64,000 bases of DNA from contig OZ024759.1 in the NCBI GenBank assembly GCA_964016885.1, forward strand, positions 9,300,001 through 9,364,000, in the 5' to 3' direction. The stretch's first letter is position 1; each line of letters starts with the position of its first letter. Origin of the DNA: Eledone cirrhosa (Eukaryota). Under the pieces are notes generated by a model, which worked only from the letters and a program-made list of their open reading frames with translations, did not search any database and was not told where the DNA came from. The translations under genes were made by a program, and so were the position numbers. Of this stretch, positions 53,862 to 64,000 are shown piece by piece.

Positions 53862-54502
53862 ATATATATATATATATATACATGTATGTATATACATATA
53901 TATATATATATGTCTATGTGTGCACATTTGTGAGTGTAAATAAGAGATTTAAAGTGAAAGAGAGTCGGATGAGAAGAGAGTAAAAGATAAATAGAGAGAA
54001 AATATAGAGAAAGAGATAGATAGAGGGAGTGGGTGTGGCTGGAGGAGGAGGAGGAAAGAAACGGGTAAGAGAGAAAGGGAGTAACGAGAGAAAATAGATA
54101 AAGAGATAGATATTGAGAGAGGGGGGGAGAAACAGTGCAACGTGTTTGAATAGAAAGAGAGAGAGAGAGTAAAGGTTATTAGAGAGAAAAGAGATAGATA
54201 GAGAGATAGATATAGACGAAGGAGGAGGCAGCTCAGTTTTTGAGTGTAAAAATGAGAAGAGTTTCTAAAATGTCAACAACTGGCAGATGTAGAGTTATGG
54301 TCGGCTTCACAACAGACGTTTGAAACGATAGGAAAAGCCACCAACATCAGCAAGCCATCAATTCTATCTTATTATTATTATAGCCCTAGACACGACATTG
54401 GAAATAATATCATGATACCAGAGGGATTTTACCTACCTTAGTCACTCAATTATCTTGCCTGGCTGGTCTTGTCCACCCGTGATCTTTACACACTCAGAGG
54501 GA

Positions 54503-54898
54503 TCTACCTACATACCTACCTACCTATCTACCTGTCTACCTACCTACATACCTACCTACCTACCTACCTACCTACTTACCTACCTATCTACCTACCTATC
54601 TATCTACCTATCTCTATTTATCTATTTACCTATTTACCTATTTACCTACCTATCTACCTACCTATCTACCTATCTACATATCTACCTATCTATTTATCTA
54701 CCTACCTACCTATCTACCTACCTACCTATCTACCCACCTGCCTATCTATCTACCTACCTACAGATCTACCCACCTACCTATCTACCTACCTACAGATCTA
54801 CCTACCTATCTATATCTACCTACCTACAGATCTACCCACCTACCTATCTACCTACCTACAGATCTACCTACCTACCTACCTATCTGTCTATTTACCTA

Positions 54899-54989
<91 letters not shown>

Positions 54990-54990
54990 A
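54503..54990. repeat. (TACC/TATC)n followed by (TA)n
   Basis: Visible simple repeats. Confidence 0.92.
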
Positions 54991-55911
54991 TTTCTCTATC
55001 GATCTATTCGATTATATTATCTTGCCTGTCCACCCCGAGCTGTTTACTACCATAAAAACACCACCAACAGCAGCTAACAGCTCCCGAGCAACCACTGATC
55101 GTTGGGATTGTAGGAGACCACCACTCATTATTATAATTGATTTAAAAAAAGAGCAGAAGCAATTAATCACCAGAGAGAAAATAAATTAGGTTTTGAAACC
55201 TAAATTGAAATTTTAGTGGGACAATCTTCAACCACCTTCGCCTTAATTTTCATTATATATATATATTTTAACGTCAACATCATATATATATACATATATA
55301 ATAATATATATTTATATATATATGTGTGTGTGTGAATCAACATTATATTATATTATTGATGTTGATCTCGTTGCGTTATAATTGCTAACTTTGCACCAGA
55401 AAAGAAACAGGGAAACCAAAACAAAACTCATTTATATATCTGCATATATCGGTATATATCTATATATATATCTATATATATCTGTATATTTAATATATAT
55501 ATATATTGAACACGGACAAACATCACACCAAGGTAAGTGATAAAAACATTCTCAGTATTTTGGTCTTAATGCAGTTTATAGAAATACATTTCATTTAGTT
55601 CAAAGTATATTATATATTATTGTTTTTAGGAAACAAACCATTCTGTGCTGCGAGAGAAAGTCTTTTATTCACAGTAGTATAAAGAATTATAATAGTATAA
55701 TTACTTCTACTTTTTAGCACAAGGCCAGCAATAACCCAATGTATTACTGGTACTTTATTTTATCAACCCCGTAAGGATGAAAGGCAATGTTAACCTCAGC
55801 GGGATTTGAACTCAGACTGTAAGAGGCCGTAACTCTATGCTGCAAAGCATGGCGTCCGACCCTCTACCGATATTGCCAATCGACCCGACAACACAAACCC
55901 ATATACTATAT

Positions 55912-56870
55912 ACAAAGCAGGTAATACAAACATCTAGGACCAAATACAGCGCACAAACGGGTAATACATACATCTAAGACCACATACAACACACCAGCAG
56001 GTAATACACACACCTAGGACCACATAATACACACAAGCAGGTAATACACACATCTAGGACCACATAATACACACAGGCAGGTAATACATACATCTAGGAC
56101 CACATACCACACACAAGCAGGTAATACATACATCTAGGACCACATAGAACACACAAGCAGGTAATACACACATCTAGGACCACATACAACACACCAGCAG
56201 GTAATACACACATCTAGGACCACATAGAACACACAAGCAGGTAATACACACATCTAGGACCACATAGAACACACAAGCAGGTAATACATACATCTAGGAC
56301 CACATACAACACACCAGCAGGTAATACACACATCTAGGACCACATACAACACACCAGCAGGTAATACACACATCTAGGACCACATACAACACACCAGCAG
56401 GTAATACACACATCTAGGACCACATAGAACACACAAGCAGGTAATACACACACCTAGGACCACATAGAACACACAAACAGGTAATACACACATCTAGGAC
56501 CACATACAACACACCAGCAGGTAATACACACACCTAGGACCACATAGAACACACAAGCAGGTAATACACACACCTAGGACCACATAGAACACACAAACAG
56601 GTAATACACACATCTAGGACCACATACAACACACCAGCAGGTAATACATACATCTAGGACCACATACAACACACCAGCAGGTAATACATACATCTAGGAC
56701 CACATACAACACACCAGCAGGTAATACACACACCTAGGACCACATACAACACACCAGCAGGTAATACACACATCTAGGACCACATACAACACACCAGCAG
56801 GTAATACACACATCTAGGACCACATAGAACACACAAACAGGTAATACACACATCTAGGACCACATACAAC
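55912..56870. repeat. 40-bp minisatellite, about 24 copies
   Basis: GCAGGTAATACACACATCTAGGACCACATACAACACACCA, period 40. Confidence 0.94.
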
Positions 56871-56934
56871 AAACGGGAGGCGAAAGGGGTGGACAAGAGA
56901 TAACAATATCGCAAGGAGCACTGGGAAACCTCTC

Positions 56935-57098
56935 TAATAATTTTTTAAGCAAGCCAGCACTTTGGCAGCGTTACTTCTGGTGATGGCGAGGCTGAGGTGC
57001 TGAAACAGCCAGGCACAATCACCATGATCATCACCAGTTACCTCTATAGGCGAACCGCCAGTGAAGACAAGAACCTCGCAGGGGCCCGACTCTCCCAG
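56935..57098 (-). mobile_element. 3' fragment of a related CRE-like retrotransposon
   Basis: Translates to ...EVTGD...AWLFQHLSLAITRSNAAKVLACL, homologous to the end of 49890-51538. Confidence 0.65.
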
Positions 57099-58189
57099 TT
57101 TCTGTATTTGGGTCTTAATGTTATTTATGGAAATATATTTAGTTCAATATATATGATATATTAATGTTTTTAGGAAACAAACCATTCTGTGCTTCTAGAG
57201 AAAGTTATATTACTAAATCTCTGGCTCCAAATTATGGATTATTTTGAAAATTATTTGAAAATATTAGGCAGTGTGTTTCATCAAGTATTATATGGCAACG
57301 GAAGGTTCAAAGTGTTTATATTTATCTAAAAACCCTCCATCATGATTTTATGTAAGAACTTTCATTAAGTTATGTTCCAAACACCAATTTAACAATGAGA
57401 AAATGTTTCTATTTTTGGCACAAGGCCAGCAAATTCACCAGTACATTACTGGTACTTTATTTTATCGACCCCGTAACGATGAAAGGCAAAGTTAACCTCG
57501 ACGGGATTTGAACTCAGACTAGAAAATAATATTACTAAATCTCTCCTGCAAATTTCTCAATAATTTTCAAATTTATTTCAAGAACCGTAGGCAGTATCTT
57601 TCATTAGACTATATAGAGCAATGGAAGTGTTAGACTGGTTCATTGCTGTCCTGCTCTGTTAACTAAATAGTATTGTTTGCCGTGGCTGTTAGTTACAGAG
57701 AGGGGGAGAGAGAGTAAGGTACTCAGAGAGACACAGAGGCAGAGAGAGTAAGGCTCACAGAGAGAGAGAGAGAGAGAGTCAGAGAGAGTAAGGCTCACAG
57801 AGAGAGAGAGAGTAAGGTACTCAGAGAGAAAGAGAGAGTAAGGCTCACACAGAGAGAAAAAGAGAGTAAGGCACAGATAGAGAGAAAGAGAGAGTAAGGC
57901 ACAGATAGAGAGAAAGAGAGAGTAAGGTCACACAGAGAGAGAGAAAGAGAGTAAGACACACAGAGACACATGACAAAAGAGGAAAATCGTTAAATATGTT
58001 TATAAGCCCCGTCCCTGGAGGATTAGTTGTAGCTACAGTATTAATCTTATCACCTATGTTTCGGTGTTTAGAAAGACTGCAGTGTGTGGCTCAAACGAAG
58101 AGGAACCAGGACGTGTTGCAATAAATATCTGCTGTTTTCTATTTTATAGCATGACAGTGAATATAATTTATGTATATATATATATATAT

Positions 58190-58592
58190 ATATTAATAAG
58201 AGGAATTCCAACTTTGTCTGATTTACTCGTTTTATTTACAATCCTTTAAAATATATAATGATATTATAATGAAATAGTATGATAGAATATTAAATTCTAA
58301 GTGTTAATTGAACAAGTACTGTCATGCTTTCGCAATCTTCAGGTTCATGATATGTGGTGACAGTCGAGTTTGCAATTTCCACAGTTGAAAATTGCAAACT
58401 CGACTGTTACCACATATTATGAACCTGAATATTATGAACCTGAAGATTGCGAAAGCATGAAAGTACTTGTTCAATTAACACTTAGAATTTAATATTCTAT
58501 TATACTATTTCATTATAATACCATTATATATTTTAAAGGATTGTAAATAAAACGAGTAAATCAGACAAAGTTGGAATTCCTCTTATTAATAT
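58190..58592. mobile_element. Fold-back element (about 190-bp arms) with hammerhead
   Basis: Arms are reverse complements around about 58383; left end in (TA)n. Confidence 0.85.
58435..58473 (+). ncRNA. Minimal type-I hammerhead ribozyme
   Basis: TGAAC-CTGAAGA-TTGCGAAAGCAT-GAAA-GTAC-TT-GTTCA; palindromic AGTACT stem III. The mirror copy at 58309-58347 has GAAA changed to GACA. Confidence 0.72.
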
Positions 58593-58647
58593 AATCTTCT
58601 ATACACAATCATACACACCCGTGTATATCTATCTATCTATCTATCTA

Positions 58648-58702
<55 letters not shown>

Positions 58703-58757
58703 CGTTTCTGAATTTGTTTAGCAAGATTCTTTATCTGAAAACGTGTGTTGAAACCGA

Positions 58758-59190
58758 TATTGTTATATTTTGGGAGGGTCATGTTGCCAATAAGAAACAC
58801 ACGCACCAGTTGCTTTCACTTAAATTTATTATAATAAATTTATAAATTTAGGAATTTATAAATTTCCGGTTGGTTGGTTGGTTCCACAACCAGATTGTTG
58901 TTTATATATTGTCAAAGTTCTTTCGTCACACATTCTGTGTGGCGTAGGACAGAACAAAGGAGAGGCACAAAAAAAACAAAGAAAAGAACCCCCAGTCACT
59001 GAAGAGGTCACAGAATGTGTAACGAAAGAACTTTGACAATATATAAACAACCATCTGGTTGTGGAACCAACCAACCAACCGGAAATTTAAAAATTCCTAA
59101 ATTTATAAATTTATTATAATAAATTGAAGTGAAAGCAACTGGTGCGTGTGTTTCTTATTGGCAACATGACCCTCCCAAAGTATAACAATA
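58758..59190. mobile_element. Fold-back element (about 180-bp arms) with hammerhead
   Basis: Arms about 58758-58938 and 59009-59190 (mirrored ORF ends ...WEGHVANKKHTHQLLSL). Confidence 0.85.
58995..59037 (+). ncRNA. Minimal type-I hammerhead ribozyme
   Basis: GTCA-CTGAAGA-GGTCACAGAATGTGTAAC-GAAA-GAAC-TT-TGAC; stem III imperfect. Confidence 0.62.
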
Positions 59191-59199
59191 TATATATTT

Positions 59200-59351
59200 A
59201 TATATATACACAAGCATACATGCGTATATGTGTGCTTGTATTTATATTTATGTATATGTGTCTGTGTGTACATATATATATATATATATAAACACAAGCA
59301 TACATGCGTATGTGTGCTTGTGTTTATATTTATGTATATGTGTCTGTGTGT

Positions 59352-59411
<60 letters not shown>

Positions 59412-59782
59412 ACAAGCATATATGTGTTCTTGTGTTTATATTTATGAATATGTATCTGTGTGTACATATATATATATATAAACACAAGCATACATGCGTA
59501 TGTGTGCTTGTGTTTATATTTATGAATATGTATCTGTGTGTACATATATATATATATATATAAACACAAGCATACATGCGTATATGTGTGCTTGTGTTTA
59601 TATTTATGTATATGTGTCTGTGTGTACATATATATATATAAACACAAGCATACATGTGTATATGTGTGCTTGTGTTTATATTTATGTATATGTATCTGTG
59701 TGTACATATATATATATATATATAAACACAAGCATACATGCGTATATGTGTGCTTGTATTTCTATTTATGTATATGTGTCTG

Positions 59783-59800
<18 letters not shown>
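59200..59800. repeat. About 80-110-bp tandem repeat with an internal hairpin, about 7 copies
   Basis: ATAAACACAAGCATACAT-GCGT-ATGTGTGCTTGTGTTTAT units separated by (TA)n. Confidence 0.85.
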
Positions 59801-59871
<71 letters not shown>

Positions 59872-60182
59872 GTATGCTTGTTGATTACGTTCGTGTTTTC
59901 GAGAGAGAGGAGTAGAGGGGGGGGGGACTTTTACTCGGATGATTATCGTGGGAAACAGGGAAAATGTATAACTACAGCGAAACATTCCTCAATCACCACC
60001 AATACTTACTACCAATGATAACAATAGTGAGCAGGAGAGGAGATTCCGTTGGTATGGACACACCTCCCTCGCTGTAATTATCCCACCCCTATACCTACGT
60101 CTCCAATTCCCCAAGCAGCTTCACCACCCCACCCAAGTCCCCAACCCACACCATAAAGTGGTCCCCAAAAGTGTCCAGTCCT

Positions 60183-61010
60183 CACTATAAAGTGGTTCTG
60201 TAGGTGTCACAACAAAAAGCACCCAGTCCACACTGTAAAGTGGTTGTGTAGGTGTCATGATAAAAAGCACCCAGTCCACTCTGTAAAGTGGTTGTGTAGA
60301 TGTCACAACAAAAAGCACCCAGCACACACTGTAAAGTGGTCGTGTAGGTGTCATGATAAAAAGCACCCAGCACACACTGTAAAGTGGTTGTGTAGGTGTC
60401 ACGACAAAAAGCACCCAGCACACACTGTAAAGTGGTCGTGTAGGTGTCACAACAAAAAGCACCCAGTCCACACTGTAAAGTGGTCATGTAGGTGTCACGA
60501 CAAAAAGCACCCAGTCCACACTGTAAAGTGGTCATGTAGGTGTCACGACAAAAAGCACCCAGCACACACTGTAAAGTGGTCGTGTAGGTGTCAGGACAAA
60601 AAGCACCCAGCACACACTGTAAAGTGGTCGTGTAGGTGTCAAGATAAAAAGCACCCAGCACACACTGTAAAGTGGTCGTGTAGGTGTCACAACAAAAAGC
60701 AGCCAGTCCACACTGTAAAGTGGTCGTGTAGGTGTCACAACAAAAAGCACCCAGTCCACTCTGTAAAGTGGTCATGTAGGTGTCACGACAAAAAGCACCC
60801 AGTCCACACTGTAAAGCAGTCGTGTAGGTGTCAGAACAAAAAGCACCCAGTCCACTCTGTAAAGTGGTCATGTAGGTGTCACGACAAAAAGCACCCAGTC
60901 CACACTGTAAAGCAGTCGTGTAGGTGTCACGACAAAAAGCACCCAGTCCACACTGTAAAGCAGTCGTGTAGGTGTCACGACAAAAAGCACCCAGCACACA
61001 CTGTAAATGT
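60183..61010. repeat. 48-bp minisatellite, about 17 copies, from a SINE-internal segment
   Basis: TGTAAAGTGGTCGTGTAGGTGTCACGACAAAAAGCACCCAGTCCACAC matches SINE positions 1361-1412 and continues into GTTGG...TAGGAAGGGCATCC. Confidence 0.92.
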
Positions 61011-61039
61011 GGTTGGATTTAGGAAGGGCATCCCACCAT

Positions 61040-61378
61040 TGCAACAGCAATGTGCGTGAATGATCAAGCATAGACGAGTTTTGAGTGAAACTGTGTATAA
61101 GAGGGATAAACTGTAGTGTTTGAGAGAGAAGACTGCGTTGGTATGCATGGAAAATGACAGCTGGGTGAAGAAGTGCCAAGAAATTCCGGTGGAAGGAAGA
61201 CGCAGTAGAGGAAGACCACGGAAAACATGGGCAGAGGTGGTGAGAGCTGACCTCAGATCGCTGAAACTCACAGAGGAAATGACGAAGAGCCATGACGAAT
61301 GGAGAGATGTTGTGCTGAAAAGGACCCATCCCACCCTTGCAAGCAGGGAAAAGCGGATGTAAAATGATGATGATGATA
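61040..61378 (+). mobile_element. RTE-clade LINE 3' fragment
   Basis: WVKKC...VEGRRSRGRPRKTWAEVVRADL...W is a typical RTE ORF2 C-terminus; short 3' UTR with (ATG)n tail. Confidence 0.8.
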
Positions 61379-61402
61379 TATGTGTGTGGGTGTGTCTGTA
61401 TT

Positions 61403-61446
<44 letters not shown>

Positions 61447-61532
61447 AGTTAAACAAGATTCAATGAATAAATCAAAGAATGAGTTTTACAATAGATTGGA
61501 AGCACTCTACAGTCAAATATTTTCCAGAGTTA

Positions 61533-61853
61533 TTAATATTAATTCCAAATATTAACAAAATAGATATTCTTGTGATCAATTATATTTTATTATACATATT
61601 TCAGAGGTACTGAATTAAGTTCAACAGTACGTCCTCATCAGATAAAATAAAATAATACATGACATACCCTGACATACCCTGACATGGTAGATGGTTAAAT
61701 CTTAACCATCTACCATATCAGGGTATGTCATGTATCATTTTATTTTATCTGATGAGGACGTACTGTTGAACTTAATTCAGTACCTCTGAAATATGTATAA
61801 TAAAATATAATTGATCACAAGAATATCTATTTTGTTAATATTTGGAATTAATA
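61533..61853. mobile_element. Fold-back element with an intact hammerhead in both arms
   Basis: Axis near 61700 (ATGGTAGATGGTTAA-ATC-TTAACCATCTACCAT); (TA)n tracts nearby on both sides. Confidence 0.85.
61741..61807 (+). ncRNA. Minimal type-I hammerhead ribozyme (mirror copy 61583-61649 on -)
   Basis: TATTTTAT-CTGATGA-GGACGTACTGTTGAACTTAATTCAGTACCTCT-GAAA-TATGTA-TA-ATAAAATA; 8-bp stem I. Confidence 0.8.
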
Positions 61854-61876
61854 TATATATATATACATATATATAC

Positions 61877-61908
<32 letters not shown>

Positions 61909-62204
61909 GCAAAAGGCAAACAGAAATAAAGCAAATGACACAATACAATGAAGAAAAGTATTATTAGTTTTATGCTTGATACAGTACGAAAAGAGTCTTA
62001 ATGTTTTGGATGCTAGTCCTTTATCAGAAATATATATATATAATTGTTTCTACTTTTGGCACAAGGCCAGCAATTACCCAGTGTATTACTGGTACTTTAT
62101 TTTATCGACCTGGTAAGGATGAAAGGCAAAGTTAACCTCGGCGGGATTTGAACTCTGATCATAAAGGCAGGTAACTCTTTGCTAAATATATATATATATA
62201 TATA

Positions 62205-62730
62205 ATATAAAATCAAAAGATGGTTAAAGGAGTTCCATGTATTTTATTATGCGCATTTCAAAAACAAACATCATCATGCAATAATATTTGTGTTTTCATC
62301 AGATAAAACAGGAGAACATGATATGAAGGCTAAAAAACACTTGTGGATAGTGCAGTTTTAAATCAACATATGAAAAGTGGTTTTAGATTGATGTGTGATA
62401 TTGGGAAAAAATATTTTATTTAGAGAGGGGGGGGGGTGGAAAGGATGAAAAAGGGAAGGAGATGAGAGGGAGAGATGGGTGATAGAGAGAAAGAGATAGT
62501 TTTTATAACTGAGAGGAGATATATTGTTTTACATAGAGAGGTTGAAAACCGTTGGAAGATAATGTATAAATTAAAAATTAAAAATTAAAAATTAAAAATT
62601 AAAAATTAAAAAAAATTTTGAAAATTAACGAAGGGAGGATATGTGCGAGGAAAAAATATTTTATTTAGGGATATTATCCGATATCTGCATTGCTTTATTG
62701 TACTACAATAAAACTCACCTCCTACATTAT
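62205..62730 (-). mobile_element. Non-autonomous hammerhead-bearing element (hammerhead at 62240-62310)
   Basis: Shares AAAAGATGGTTAAA...hammerhead end and the AAAACTCACCTCCTACATTA(TA)n end with pieces at 41980-42320, 45790-45980 and 46940-47015. Confidence 0.7.
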
Positions 62731-63137
62731 ATATATATATAATTGTTTCTACTTTTGGCTCAAGGCCAGTAATTATCCCAGTGCATTACTGGTACTTTAT
62801 TTTATCGACCCCATAAGGATGAAAGGCAAAGTTGACCTCGGCGGGATTTGAACTCAGAATGGCAAGGGCCGTAACTCAATGTGTCAAAGATGGCATCCGA
62901 CCCTCTACCGATACTGCCAATCCACATATAATAAATACAATTTACATGTAACGATATCTATAGTGAATATGATTTATATATAAACACAATATATATTTAT
63001 ATAATAAATATGATCTGCAAATTAATAGAAATTAATCAGAGAAAAAAACCCTCGGAAAAATGGCTAAGACATACACACTACAAGAGGGAATGTTGAGGTA
63101 AGCCGAGACCTCAGGTGATAGGAGTTCACTGGATTAC

Positions 63138-63472
63138 ACACTACAATAGGGTGTGTTGGTGTTTCCCTCTATATTTGAGGTAAGCTGAGGTACCCATGAC
63201 ATTACCACAGGTGATCGGGTGTTCCTCAAATATACATTACAATAGGGTGTGTTGGTGTTTCCCTCTATATTTGAGGTAAGCTGAGGTACCCATGACATTA
63301 CCACAGGTGATCGGGTGTTCCTCAAATATACATTACAATAGGGTGTGTTGGTGTTTCCCTCTATATTTGAGGTAAGCTGAGGTACCCATGACATTACCAC
63401 AGGTGATCGGGTGTTCCTCAAATATACATTACAATAGGGTGTGTTGGTGTTTCCCTCTATATTTGAGGTAAA
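63138..63472. repeat. 96-bp tandem repeat, about 3.5 copies
   Basis: Period 96 (32-aa periodicity in ORF 63134-63610). Confidence 0.9.
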
Positions 63473-64000
63473 CCAAGACATAGCATTACCACACGTGGTA
63501 GTGGGTCCCTCACCTTGCTCTTTCCCACCTTTTCTCTCATTTATAGTCCTTTCCTTTACTTTCCTACACAGCCAGATCTGTCCTTTTTTACCCTTTCCCC
63601 TTTTCATCATTTGTTTTTATCCTTTTTTTTTTATATTCTCATCATTGTATGACTTTAGTTCAATAAATACAAGATGATGTAGTGAATGTTGGTCTTTCTA
63701 TATTTGGGGTAAGCCAAGACAAGCCATTGCCAGAGGTGATAGCGAGGCTAAGGTGTTGTAACAGCTAAGAACTCTGGCACTAGTTTCTATTTGAGAGAAA
63801 CATAACAGACAGCTGCTCCTCTCCTCAATTATTGAACCCTGTCTTATATTGAAAGAAATCAATACTACCTGTAGTAATGGCAGTTGAAAACCAACAACAC
63901 AAGTAAATAATGATATGTTTATTGAAGTGATGCTGACTTGTTCTTGTTTCTGCTTTGGAGGCACAATGCCAGGTTCTGTTAAGTAGTATTTATATATAAC

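Noticed and set aside
55912-56870. 40-bp unit as exon/intron pairs (TAG|G...CAG|GTAATA)
   Set aside because: The implied 17-nt introns are too short to splice and no parent exon was identified.
63869-63975. Possible minus-strand exon (PGIVPPKQKQEQVSITSINISLFTCVVGFQLPLLQ) with AG/GT ends
   Set aside because: No recognisable homology and no partner exon in the window.

Overview
AT-rich, repeat-dense metazoan genomic DNA; the SINE repertoire and (TA)n load suggest an octopus-like cephalopod, which is inference. The minus strand carries the 5' part of an Integrator complex subunit 1 (INTS1) gene. Nine GT-AG coding exons between 33425 and 684 splice in phase into a peptide collinear with known INTS1 (PPPGDFIALG...LEMWLQNPK...NELSSARNPNNM...). 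Two further upstream exons (41294-41356, 48488-48495) are only candidates, and the gene continues off the left edge. The introns are inflated by kilobase-scale minisatellites, most traceable to local seed sequence: SINE domains, a piggyBac-like MITE, and INTS1's own acceptor, donor and branch-point regions. Between 37 and 63 kb lie many fold-back elements inserted in (TA)n tracts. At least seven unrelated sequence families each carry a minimal type-I hammerhead ribozyme, and one is joined to a Penelope-like GIY-YIG remnant. Also present are CORE- and Nin/Deu-domain tRNA SINEs, an RTE LINE tail, CRE-like RLE retrotransposon fragments, Helitron-like elements, and mariner, hAT and piggyBac MITEs. 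All long ORFs in the track (e.g. 2973 aa) are satellite artefacts. Repeat boundaries and copy numbers are hand estimates.
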